The notes: generated by a model from the sequence alone, not told the origin. A stretch of DNA of 43,358 nt from Gaiella sp. (GCA_035706725.1 DASSUT010000254.1:1-43358), one strand, 5' to 3'; numbered from the stretch's first letter, positions 9,994 to 18,375 are shown. Translations and numbers: made by a program.

Positions 9994-10754
9994 GCGCCCT
10001 CCGGGCACGGTGCCCGCACTGCCGCACGCTGACCGCGGTGGCGTTCGACGACGGTTACGAGTGCCACAGCTGCGGGGCGCCGTTCGCGGCGGGGCTCGTC
10101 CGGGTGCCCCGCGCGTGGGGCGCGGGCGGAGGGGCGATGGCCGAGGCGGCCTCGCTCGCGCTTCCGTATCCCGAGGCGCTCGTCGTGGACGAGGAGACGC
10201 TCGACCGGCAGACGGACGTGCTCGCACGCGGGCTGCCCACGCGGCCGCTCGTCCTCGGCGGATGCTGCTGCGCGCACCTGGGGGCGATCCGCGGGCTCGC
10301 CGCCCGCGTCGACCGGCTCGCGGTCGTCTGGCTCGACGCGCACGGCGACCTCAACACGCCGGAGACGTCGCCGTCCGGAAACCGCTGGGGGATGCCCCTC
10401 CGGATGGCGATCGACGAAGGCAGCATCGAGACGCAGGACGTGGCCCTCGTCGGCGCCCGGGACCTCGATCCGCCGGAGCGGGAGTACCTCCTCGCGCACC
10501 GCATCGACGACGACGTCGAACGGGCGCTCGCGGGCGCCGACGCCGCCTACGTCGCGCTCGACGTCGACGTGCTCGAGCCCGGCAGCGTGCCGAGCTTCAT
10601 GCCCGTCGCGGGCGGACCGTCCACCGACGACGTGCGGTCGCTCCTGCAGCGCGTCGCGGAGCGCACGCGGGTGGCAGGCATGGGCTTCACCGGTCTCGTG
10701 CCTGGTGCGGAGGCAGAGCGGGTCGCGCGTTTCGCGGCCGCGGCCGGGTTGTGA
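9990..10754 (+). CDS. Arginase/ureohydrolase-fold protein with N-terminal zinc ribbon and atypical active site
   Basis: GTG 9990 overlaps the GNAT stop (GTGA). Motifs CPHC...CHSC, LVLGGCCCAH, VWLDAHGDLNTPETSPSGN, VGARDLD and LDVDVL. Confidence 0.85.
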   Translation: MSALRARCPHCRTLTAVAFDDGYECHSCGAPFAAGLVRVPRAWGAGGGAMAEAASLALPYPEALVVDEETLDRQTDVLARGLPTRPLVLGGCCCAHLGAIRGLAARVDRLAVVWLDAHGDLNTPETSPSGNRWGMPLRMAIDEGSIETQDVALVGARDLDPPEREYLLAHRIDDDVERALAGADAAYVALDVDVLEPGSVPSFMPVAGGPSTDDVRSLLQRVAERTRVAGMGFTGLVPGAEAERVARFAAAAGL

Positions 10755-10777
10755 GCGGCACGCTCTAAGATGCCGTC

Positions 10778-11629
10778 GTGTCGTCCGGCCAGATCGACGT
10801 CTCGATCGAGCACAAGCACGCGGAGCCCGAGCGGCGTGACGGCGCCGGGCATCCGAACACGTGCCCCGGGTGCGGGTCGCACTACCGCGACGACGAGCTC
10901 GCCGAGCATCTGCGGGTGTGCCCGCAGTGCGGCCACCACTTTCCGGTGCGTGCGCCGGAACGGGTCGTGCAGCTCGCGGACCCCGAGTCGTTCGAGGAGG
11001 AGGACGGCGACCTCCGCTCTGCCGACCCGCTCGACTTCTTCGACCTGAGGCCGTACACGGAGCGGCTCGCGGAGGCGGAGCTCGGGACCGGCCTCGGCGA
11101 CGCGATCCTGACGGGACGTGCTGCGATCGACGGCCATCCGTGCCGTTTGGCCGCGATGGACTTCTCGTTCATGGGCGGGTCGATGGGAAGCGTCGTCGGC
11201 GAGCGCTTCGCGCGGGCGTGCGAGCGCGCGGCCGAGGAGCGCGGCGTGGTCGTGTCGGTGTCCGCCTCCGGCGGCGCGCGCATGCAGGAGGGGATCCTCG
11301 CGCTCATGCAGCTCCCGAAGACGGTCGCCGCGGTCGAGGAGCTCCACGACGCCGGCGGCGCGCTGTTCTCGGTGCTGGCGCACCCGACGACGGGCGGGGT
11401 GACCGCGAGCTTCGCGAGCCTCGGCGACGTGATCCTCGCGGAGCCGGGCGCGCTCACGTCGTTCGCCGGCCCGCGCGTGGTCGCGCAGACCACCCGCGAG
11501 AAGCTCCCCGACGACTTCGGCTTGGCCGAGTCGAACCTTCGCTTCGGCCATGTCGACGCGGTGGTGCCGCGCGCCGAGCTCCGGCCGACGCTCGCCCGCC
11601 TTCTTCGCCTGTTCGAGGCACGGCCGTGA
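10778..11629 (+). CDS. accD: Acetyl-CoA carboxylase carboxyltransferase beta subunit
   Basis: Zn finger CPGC..CPQC, MGGSMGSVVGE, SGGARMQEG and PTTGGVTASF. Confidence 0.96.
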   Translation: MSSGQIDVSIEHKHAEPERRDGAGHPNTCPGCGSHYRDDELAEHLRVCPQCGHHFPVRAPERVVQLADPESFEEEDGDLRSADPLDFFDLRPYTERLAEAELGTGLGDAILTGRAAIDGHPCRLAAMDFSFMGGSMGSVVGERFARACERAAEERGVVVSVSASGGARMQEGILALMQLPKTVAAVEELHDAGGALFSVLAHPTTGGVTASFASLGDVILAEPGALTSFAGPRVVAQTTREKLPDDFGLAESNLRFGHVDAVVPRAELRPTLARLLRLFEARP

Positions 11630-12564
11630 CGCAGGACGCAGAGCTCGGCCTGCGTGACCGTCTCGCCCAGCTCTCGGGCGTGAAGCTGCTCCGCGGCACG
11701 AAGCTCTCCGCCGAGCTCGAGCGGCTCCAGCGCCAGCTCGAGCGGCTGCGGGAGGACACGACCGACGAGGAGATCTGGCGCCTCGTGAAGCTCGCGCGGG
11801 ACGACGATCGCCCGTACACGCTCGACTACGTGGAGCGGATCCTCGACGACTGGTTCGAGCTCCACGGCGACCGCGGCCGGATGGACGACCACGCGATCGT
11901 CGCCGGAATCGGCTCGCTCGACGGCCGCACGATCGCGCTCGTCGGGCATCAGAAGGGACGTGACCTGAAGGAGCGGGCGGAGCGGAACTTCGGCATGGCG
12001 TATCCGGAGGGCTACCGCAAGGCGATGCGGACGATGCAGCTCGCCGAGCGGCACGGCTTCCCGCTCGTCACGCTCGTGGACACGCCGGGCGCGTATCCCG
12101 GCATCCTCGCCGAGCAGCACGGCCAGGGCGGCGCGATCGCGCGTTCGCAGGCGCTCATGCTCCGCCTCGGCGTCCCGACGGTCGCGGTCGTGATCGGCGA
12201 GGGCGGCTCGGGCGGTGCGATTGCGATCGCAGTCGCAGATCGCGTCCTCATGCAGGAGAACGCGATCTACTCCGTGATCTCGCCCGAGGGCTGCGCCGCG
12301 ATCCTCTGGCGGGACGGGGAGCAGGCGCCGAAGGCGGCCTCCGCGTTCAAGCCCGACGCGGGCCACTGCCTCGAGCTCGGCGTCATCGACGGAATCGTCC
12401 CCGAGCCCGAAGGAGGCGCGCAGCTCGACCACGACGAGGCGGCGACGCTGCTCCGCGAGGCGCTCGTCGCGCACCTCGACGAGCTCGCGGTCGTGCCGGC
12501 GGACGAGCTGCGGCGGACCCGCCGGGCGAAATTCCGCTCGATGGGCGTGCTCGCGCACGTGTAG
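11626..12564 (+). CDS. accA: Acetyl-CoA carboxylase carboxyltransferase alpha subunit
   Basis: GTGA overlap with accD. Motifs RPYTLDY, RNFGM.PEGYRKA, DTPGAYPG, GEGGSGGA and YSVISPEGCAAIL. Confidence 0.96.
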   Translation: MTQDAELGLRDRLAQLSGVKLLRGTKLSAELERLQRQLERLREDTTDEEIWRLVKLARDDDRPYTLDYVERILDDWFELHGDRGRMDDHAIVAGIGSLDGRTIALVGHQKGRDLKERAERNFGMAYPEGYRKAMRTMQLAERHGFPLVTLVDTPGAYPGILAEQHGQGGAIARSQALMLRLGVPTVAVVIGEGGSGGAIAIAVADRVLMQENAIYSVISPEGCAAILWRDGEQAPKAASAFKPDAGHCLELGVIDGIVPEPEGGAQLDHDEAATLLREALVAHLDELAVVPADELRRTRRAKFRSMGVLAHV

Positions 12565-12573
12565 CGCGACGCG

Positions 12574-12603
12574 CTCTCCACACTTTCCACAGGCTTATCC
12601 CCG
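12574..12603 (+). promoter_or_regulatory. Cluster of three DnaA-box-like 9-mers
   Basis: CTCTCCACA (12574), CTTTCCACA (12583) and TTATCCCCG (12595), compared with consensus TT(A/T)TNCACA. All are in the same orientation in the accA-ligD intergenic region. Confidence 0.45.
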
Positions 12604-12711
12604 GCCCGTAAAGCCGCACTTTGCGGGGAGATCGCCGATTTCGTGCAGTTCGTGTTAAGCGAATCCCGTCCCGCCGGCGGTCTGGAGCGCAAAAACGGGG
12701 ATCATGGCGCC

Positions 12712-14997
12712 ATGGCAGGGCTCCGGGAGTACCGGCGCAAACGCGACCCGTCGCGAACCCCCGAACCGTTCGGCGGCACGGGCCGCGACGGGCAGCCGGT
12801 GTTCGTGATCCAGCGCCACGACGCCCGTCGCCTGCACTACGACCTGCGATTGGAGCGGAACGGCGCGCTCGCGAGCTGGGCCGTGCCGAAGGGGCTACCC
12901 CTCCGGGCGGGGGAGCGTCACCTCGCGGTGCACGTCGAGGACCACCCGCTCGACTACGGCTCGTTCGAGGGCGAGATCCCGAAAGGCCAGTACGGCGCCG
13001 GGAAGGTGGAGATCTGGGATCGCGGGACGTACGAGCTCCTGGAGGAGAAGTCGAACGGCGGACTGACGTTCCGGCTCGACGGGACCCGCGCGCAGGGCAT
13101 CTGGACGCTCGTCCCCGCACACCTCGACGGGAAGGAGGAGAACTGGCTGCTCCTCCGCAAGGACGCACCCGCGCCGGTCGAGGAGTCGCTCCGACCGCAG
13201 CTCGCCACGCTGACCGACAGCCTGCCGTCCGGCCCCGACTGGCTGTTCGAGCCGAAGTGGGACGGGTACCGCGCGATCGTCGAGGTCGTGGGCGGCGACG
13301 TGCGGCTCACCAGCCGGAACGGCAAGGACCTCACGGAGCGGTTCCGCGACGTCGCGCGCGCCGTGAGCAAGGCGGTGCGCACGCCTTCCGCCGTGCTCGA
13401 CGGCGAGGTCGTCGCACTCGACGAGGAGGGAACGGCCCGCTTCGAGGCGCTCCAGAGCGGCTCGGGGCCGCTCGTCCTGATCGCGTTCGACCTCCTCGAG
13501 CTGGACGGGGAACGGGTGTGGGACAGCCCCTTGCGGGAGCGGCGCGCTCTGCTCGAGGAAATGCTCGACCCCGGCGTGCCGGCAGTGCGTATCTCGCCGG
13601 CGTTCGAGGACGGCGAGGCGCTTCTCCAGGCGGCCCGCGAGCAGGGCCTCGAGGGCGTCGTCGCGAAGCGCGCCGACATGCCGTACCGGCCCGGACGCCG
13701 AACGCCGGAGTGGCGCAAGCTCAAGCTCCGGGCGCAGGAGGACTTCCCGATCGTCGGGTACACGCGCGGCGAGGGCCGCCGCGCGAAGCTCGGGGCGCTG
13801 GTGCTGGCGCGTCGCGAGCCGGACGGGCTCGAGTGGGCCGGCAACGTCGGATCGGGAATCGCGGACGGCGAGGTCGAGCGGCTGCTCGCGCTGCTCGAGC
13901 CGCTCCGCCGCACCGACTCGCCGCTCGTCCGCACGCCGAGGATGCCACGCGTGCGTGCACGGGACGTCACGTGGGTCGAGCCTGCGCTCGCCGCCGAGGT
14001 GACGTACGCGGAGAAGACGCGCGAGGGCCGCCTGCGCGCGCCCGTCTACCTCGGCATCCGCGACGATGTCCCCGTGGAGCGGCCGCCGATCGAGCCGGAG
14101 ATCCGCCGCGGGCGTCGTGTGCTGCGGCTCTCGAACCTCGACAAGCCGTTCTGGCCCGAGGCGGGCATCACGAAGGGCGACCTGCTCGCGTACTACCGGG
14201 ACGTCGCGGAGGTGCTCGTCCCTCACCTGCGGGGCCGGCCGTTCACGATGAAGCGCTACCCCGACGGCTGGCAGGGCAAGAGCTTCTTCCAGAAGCAGGC
14301 ACCGACCCACACGCCGGACTGGATCGCCCGGGCGCCGTTTCCGGCGTCCACGCGTGAGGGCGAGAAGCGGATCATCGACTACGCGCTGATCGACGACGAG
14401 CTCGCGCTCCTCTGGGCCGTGAACATGGGCTGCATCGACATGCACGCGTGGGCGTCGCGCGTCGACCGGCCCGACCGGCCGGACTGGGTGATGTTCGATC
14501 TCGACCCGTCGGAGGGGTCGGGCTTCGAGGACGTGCTCGAGGTCGCGCTGCTCGTCCGCCAGGCGCTCGACGTGCTCGAGCTCGAGTCCGTGCCGAAGAC
14601 GAGCGGCTCGCGCGGGATCCACGTGCTCGTGCCGATCACGCGACGGCACGACTTCGCGGAGGTGCGCGAGTTCGCCGGGATCGTCGCAGGCGCGCTCGCC
14701 CGTGCGCACCCGGGTCTCGTCACGACCGAGTGGACGAAGGCGAAGCGGAAGGGCGTCCTCGTGGACGCGAACCAGAACGGGCCCGGCAAGACCACCGCGT
14801 CCGTCTACTCCGTCCGTCCGCGGGCCGCTGCCTCCGTCTCGGCGCCGCTCCGCTGGGACGAGGTGAAGCCCGGCCTCGACCCTGCCGCGTTCACGATGGA
14901 GGCGGTGCTCGAGCGTGTCGGCCGGGAGGGAGATCTCTTCGCCCGTGTCTTGGGCGGCGGGCAGTCTCTCGGTGCGGCGCTTCGCGCGCTTCGCTGA
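12712..14997 (+). CDS. ligD: Multidomain NHEJ DNA ligase D (phosphoesterase-ligase-polymerase order)
   Basis: PE domain: QRHDARRLHYDLRLE, SWAVPKG, VEDHPLDY. Ligase domain: EPKWDGYR, EGVVAKR. Polymerase domain: LSNLDK, FDLDP, KTSGSRGIH, NGPGKTTASVYSVR. Confidence 0.96.
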   Translation: MAGLREYRRKRDPSRTPEPFGGTGRDGQPVFVIQRHDARRLHYDLRLERNGALASWAVPKGLPLRAGERHLAVHVEDHPLDYGSFEGEIPKGQYGAGKVEIWDRGTYELLEEKSNGGLTFRLDGTRAQGIWTLVPAHLDGKEENWLLLRKDAPAPVEESLRPQLATLTDSLPSGPDWLFEPKWDGYRAIVEVVGGDVRLTSRNGKDLTERFRDVARAVSKAVRTPSAVLDGEVVALDEEGTARFEALQSGSGPLVLIAFDLLELDGERVWDSPLRERRALLEEMLDPGVPAVRISPAFEDGEALLQAAREQGLEGVVAKRADMPYRPGRRTPEWRKLKLRAQEDFPIVGYTRGEGRRAKLGALVLARREPDGLEWAGNVGSGIADGEVERLLALLEPLRRTDSPLVRTPRMPRVRARDVTWVEPALAAEVTYAEKTREGRLRAPVYLGIRDDVPVERPPIEPEIRRGRRVLRLSNLDKPFWPEAGITKGDLLAYYRDVAEVLVPHLRGRPFTMKRYPDGWQGKSFFQKQAPTHTPDWIARAPFPASTREGEKRIIDYALIDDELALLWAVNMGCIDMHAWASRVDRPDRPDWVMFDLDPSEGSGFEDVLEVALLVRQALDVLELESVPKTSGSRGIHVLVPITRRHDFAEVREFAGIVAGALARAHPGLVTTEWTKAKRKGVLVDANQNGPGKTTASVYSVRPRAAASVSAPLRWDEVKPGLDPAAFTMEAVLERVGREGDLFARVLGGGQSLGAALRALR

Positions 14998-15092
14998 GGC
15001 CCGCGACCGTCTTCGAGCGCCGTCGCGCGGTACCGCAATCCGCTTTCGTCCGGCCTGCGTACTGGGACCCAAAGCTTACGAGGAGGGGCTCC

Positions 15093-15344
15093 ATGCGCAA
15101 GCTGGTCGTCCTGCTCGCCGTGATCGCGGCGCTCACCGCGGTTCCCGGTGCGCTCGCGTTCCATCACACGGGCCTTCCGTCGACGGCCTGCGCGGCCGAG
15201 GCGGCCGGCAGCCCGTCGAACGACAACGGGAACGCGAAGGAGGCGATCACCGCGCACAACCCTGCGCAGGATCTGCCGTCGCCGCCCGTCGGGACGCCCG
15301 GTAACGGCCAGGGAGACGGCGGAGAGCACTGCGCGAACGCCTAG
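15093..15344 (+). CDS. Small secreted protein (83 aa) of unknown function
   Basis: RBS AGGAGG, signal peptide MRKLVVLLAVIAALTAVPGALA, two Cys, and a downstream terminator. Confidence 0.8.
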   Translation: MRKLVVLLAVIAALTAVPGALAFHHTGLPSTACAAEAAGSPSNDNGNAKEAITAHNPAQDLPSPPVGTPGNGQGDGGEHCANA

Positions 15345-15416
15345 TGCCCGTGCGGTCTCGACGGCGCGGTTCACGCGCCGTGTCGTCGAGACCGCACATC
15401 GGGGGAAGGGCACTAG
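15341..15416. repeat. Nested inverted-repeat element (MITE/REP-like)
   Basis: Outer IR CTAGTGCCC (15341-49) / GGGCACTAG (15408-16). Inner 14-bp IR GTGCGGTCTCGACG (15350-63) / CGTCGAGACCGCAC (15384-97). Confidence 0.6.
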
Positions 15417-15421
15417 CAGCT

Positions 15422-15460
15422 GCGCCGGGGCCGACCCGTCCGGCCCCGGCGCTTTGCTTT
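15422..15460 (+). terminator. Intrinsic terminator
   Basis: 12-bp stem GCGCCGGGGCCG/CGGCCCCGGCGC with a 7-nt loop, followed by TTTGCTTT. Confidence 0.8.
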
Positions 15461-15465
15461 CCCGT

Positions 15466-15921
15466 ATGGCCGCACGACGGGTGCAGGTCTCGGTGATCGG
15501 GAGCGGCGCGGCGCACGAGGCCGCCGCGGAGGAGATCGGCCGGCGGCTCGCGGAGCGGGGCTGCGTCGTGGTCACGGGCGGCCTCGGTGAGGTGATGACG
15601 TGGGCGCTCCGCGGCGCGAAACAGGCGGGCGGCACGACGCTCGCGATTCTCCCCGGGGAGTCGCCCGCCGAGGCGAGCGAGTGGGCCGACCACGTCGTCG
15701 TGACGGGGATCGGCCACGCGCGGAACCTCGCCGTCGCGGCGTCGGGGGACGCGGTGATCGCGGTCGGCGGCAGCTGGGGCACGCTTGCGGAGATCGGGTT
15801 CGCGATGCGGCTCGGGCGACCCGTCGTCGTGCTGGAGGGCGGTCCCGCGGTCGAGGGCGTCCCGCGTGCGGCGACGCCCGCCGAGGCGGTCGAGGTGGCG
15901 CTCTCCCGGCTCGACCGGTAG
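15466..15921 (+). CDS. TIGR00725 / LOG-superfamily Rossmann-fold protein
   Basis: VSVIGSG, VVTGGLGEVM, TGIGHARN and GGSWGTLAE motifs. Confidence 0.88.
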   Translation: MAARRVQVSVIGSGAAHEAAAEEIGRRLAERGCVVVTGGLGEVMTWALRGAKQAGGTTLAILPGESPAEASEWADHVVVTGIGHARNLAVAASGDAVIAVGGSWGTLAEIGFAMRLGRPVVVLEGGPAVEGVPRAATPAEAVEVALSRLDR

Positions 15922-16143
15922 CGCAGCCGGAGCGCACGGGCCACGGCGGCTCTCGCCCTCGCCGCCGCCGGGCGCGACCGCGGCCCGGCGTGATCGGTCC
16001 AGCGCCCCTAAGGGGGGAAAGGAGGCCCCCTGAGAGCACGATCGCACGAGAGTGCGCGCGTGTCTGTGCCGTATGTATGCCAACTCTGCGCCGTGTCCCT
16101 GTCGACGCCGCCGCGGCCGCGGCCCGCGAGGGCGGGGGGCGCC

Positions 16144-18375
16144 CTAGGCCGTCATCCGCTCGAGCAGCGCGCGGGCGGCGGACTTGTCGAGCAGCTCGTT
16201 GAGGTTCCCGCACTTCGGGCTCTGCACGCACGACGGGCAGCCCGAGCGGCACGGGCAGCGCTCGAGCAATCGTGCGGTGTCCGAGGCCCAGTCGCCGAAG
16301 CAGTCGAACCCGCGCTCGGTGATCCCCACGCCGCCCGCGTGGCCCTCGTACACGAAGATCGTGGGTAGCCCGGTCTGCTCGTGGACGTTCGTGGACAGGC
16401 CGCCGATGTCCCAGCGGTCGCACATCGCGTAGAGGGGCAGGAGCGAGATCAGGGCGTGCTCGGTCGCGTGGAGCGCCGAGACGAGCGTGGGCATCGTGTC
16501 GATCCCCTCGAGTAGCCACTCGCCCGGCGAGAACCACACGCCCTCCGTCTCGAACGCCGTCTCGGGCAGCTCGAGCGGGGTCGCGTCGATCACGCTCCCG
16601 TCGGCGATCGCCTTCCGCTGGAAGCCGACCACCTGCTCGCTCACCGTGATGCGCCCGTGGAACAGCTCGACGCCCGCGACGCGCCGTGAGCGGAGCGGCT
16701 CCGCGATCTCGGTCGCGGTCTCCTTGCGCGCCTGCGTGTACCAGTCGACGGTCACGGGCCGGACCAGCGCCGCCCTCGTCTCGAGGTCGAGCGCCGTGAC
16801 CCCGTACTGCTCGCCGAGATGGAGGTACACGGCCCCCTCGTGCACGGTCGAGAACGCGCGTTCCTGCTCCGCAGTGCCGAGGACGGCGCCGGTCTCCTCC
16901 TCGACGATCACGAACGCGGTCTGGTCGCCGGAGCGGAGCGAGATCCGCGCCGCCGGGGTGTCGCGGCCGCGCCACACGTAGCCGGCCGGCGTCCGTTTCA
17001 GCTCCGGGAGGAGCGCGGCACGTTCGAGCGCTTCGGCGCCCAGCACGCCTGCGTCGGCCTCGGTGAGGGGTCCCTCGTAGGCGGCCGCGAGCACGTGTCC
17101 GTCGAGGATCCGGGGCGTTGCGTGGTCGATCAGCGCCGCCTCTGCCGTGCGCTCGAGCAGCGCGGGGGGATCGTCGACGAAGAACTGGTCGAGGGCGTCC
17201 TCGCTCGCCACGAGCACGGCGAGACCGCGCGACCGGCGCCCTGCACGCCCCCACTGCTGCCTGAGCGAGGCGACCGTGCCCGGGAACCCGACCGAGATCG
17301 CGCAGTCGAGCGTGCCGATGTCGATGCCGAGCTCGAGCGCGTCCGTTGCGGTGACGCCGAGCAGCTCACCCTCGACGAGCCGTCGCTCGATCTCGCGACG
17401 CTGCTCGGGGGTGTAGCCCGCCCGGTACGGCGCGAGCCGCCGCGCGGTCCCCGGGTCGAGCCGGTCGCTCGCGAACCGGTGGACGAGCTCCGCGGCCTTG
17501 CGGCTCTTCGTGAAGCAGATCACGCGCAGGCCCTGCTGGACGAGCCCCGCGACGAGCCTGCTCGCGTCGCCGAGCGGGCTCGCGCGCGTGCCGAGCTCGG
17601 CGTCGAGCAGCTCGGGGTTCCAGAGGACGACCTCGCGTTCCGCCCGCGGCGCCGTGTCCGTCGACACCACGCGGACGTCGAGGCCGGTCAGCGCCGACGC
17701 GAGCTCGCCCGCGTTTGCAATCGTCGCGCTCGCGAGGACGAACACCGGGTCGCCCCCGTAGGCGAGCGCAAGCCGCCGCAGCCGCCGGAGCACGTTCGCG
17801 ACGTGCGAGCCGAACACGCCGCGGTAGACGTGCGCCTCGTCGACCACGACGACGCGCAGGTTGTGCAGCACGTCGCCCCAGCGGTCGTGGTGCGGGAGCA
17901 CGCCCACATGGAGCATGTCGGGATTCGTGAGGATCGCGTTCGCGGTGCGCCGCACGTGCGCACGTTGACCGACAGGCGTGTCGCCGTCGTAGATCGCGGG
18001 CCGGAGACCCGGGAGGCGGAGCCGGGCGAGCCAGCGCGCCTGGTCCTGCGCGAGCGCCTTCGTGGGGTAGAGGAAGAGCGCGCGGGCGCTCGGCTCGCGC
18101 GCGATCGCGTCGAGGACCGGCAGCGAGAACGCAAGCGACTTGCCGGATGCGGTCGACGTCGTGACGACGACGCTCTGGCCGCGAGCGACCGCTTCCCAGG
18201 TCTCGGCCTGGTGCACGTACAGCCCCTCGATGCCGGCGGCCTCGAGCGCGGCCACGACGACGGGATGGAGGTCGCCCGGCAACGGCTCGGTCCGGCCCGC
18301 CTGACCCGGGACGAGCCCGCGGTACGACACCTCGGGCGCGTCGAGCAGCGGGTTCCAGGCCGTCGCGCTGGTCAG
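16144..18375 (-). CDS. DEAD/DEAH-box helicase with C-terminal DUF1998 Cys cluster (YprA/MrfA/SftH/Hrq1-like); start uncertain (CTG 18375 or GTG 18330)
   Basis: TASGKS, YPTKALAQDQ, TNPDMLH, DEAH, SATI, ALELGIDIG and GRAGR helicase motifs; C-terminal CDRWDIGG and CPCRSGCPSCVQSPKCGN. Confidence 0.92.
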   Translation of the reverse strand: MTSATAWNPLLDAPEVSYRGLVPGQAGRTEPLPGDLHPVVVAALEAAGIEGLYVHQAETWEAVARGQSVVVTTSTASGKSLAFSLPVLDAIAREPSARALFLYPTKALAQDQARWLARLRLPGLRPAIYDGDTPVGQRAHVRRTANAILTNPDMLHVGVLPHHDRWGDVLHNLRVVVVDEAHVYRGVFGSHVANVLRRLRRLALAYGGDPVFVLASATIANAGELASALTGLDVRVVSTDTAPRAEREVVLWNPELLDAELGTRASPLGDASRLVAGLVQQGLRVICFTKSRKAAELVHRFASDRLDPGTARRLAPYRAGYTPEQRREIERRLVEGELLGVTATDALELGIDIGTLDCAISVGFPGTVASLRQQWGRAGRRSRGLAVLVASEDALDQFFVDDPPALLERTAEAALIDHATPRILDGHVLAAAYEGPLTEADAGVLGAEALERAALLPELKRTPAGYVWRGRDTPAARISLRSGDQTAFVIVEEETGAVLGTAEQERAFSTVHEGAVYLHLGEQYGVTALDLETRAALVRPVTVDWYTQARKETATEIAEPLRSRRVAGVELFHGRITVSEQVVGFQRKAIADGSVIDATPLELPETAFETEGVWFSPGEWLLEGIDTMPTLVSALHATEHALISLLPLYAMCDRWDIGGLSTNVHEQTGLPTIFVYEGHAGGVGITERGFDCFGDWASDTARLLERCPCRSGCPSCVQSPKCGNLNELLDKSAARALLERMTA

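Noticed and set aside
9990-10754. Calling this gene rocF (arginase) or speB (agmatinase)
   Set aside because: Residues equivalent to H101, H141 and E277 are substituted, so only the fold is supported.
12565-12711. oriC or a LexA/SOS box upstream of ligD
   Set aside because: There are only three degenerate DnaA-like boxes, no dnaA/dnaN and no clear unwinding element; no GAAC-N4-GTTC palindrome was found.
16144-18375. DISARM DrmB or Druantia-type defence helicase (also DUF1998)
   Set aside because: It is a single helicase-DUF1998 fusion in housekeeping context with no methylase, DrmA or other defence genes, which fits MrfA/SftH.
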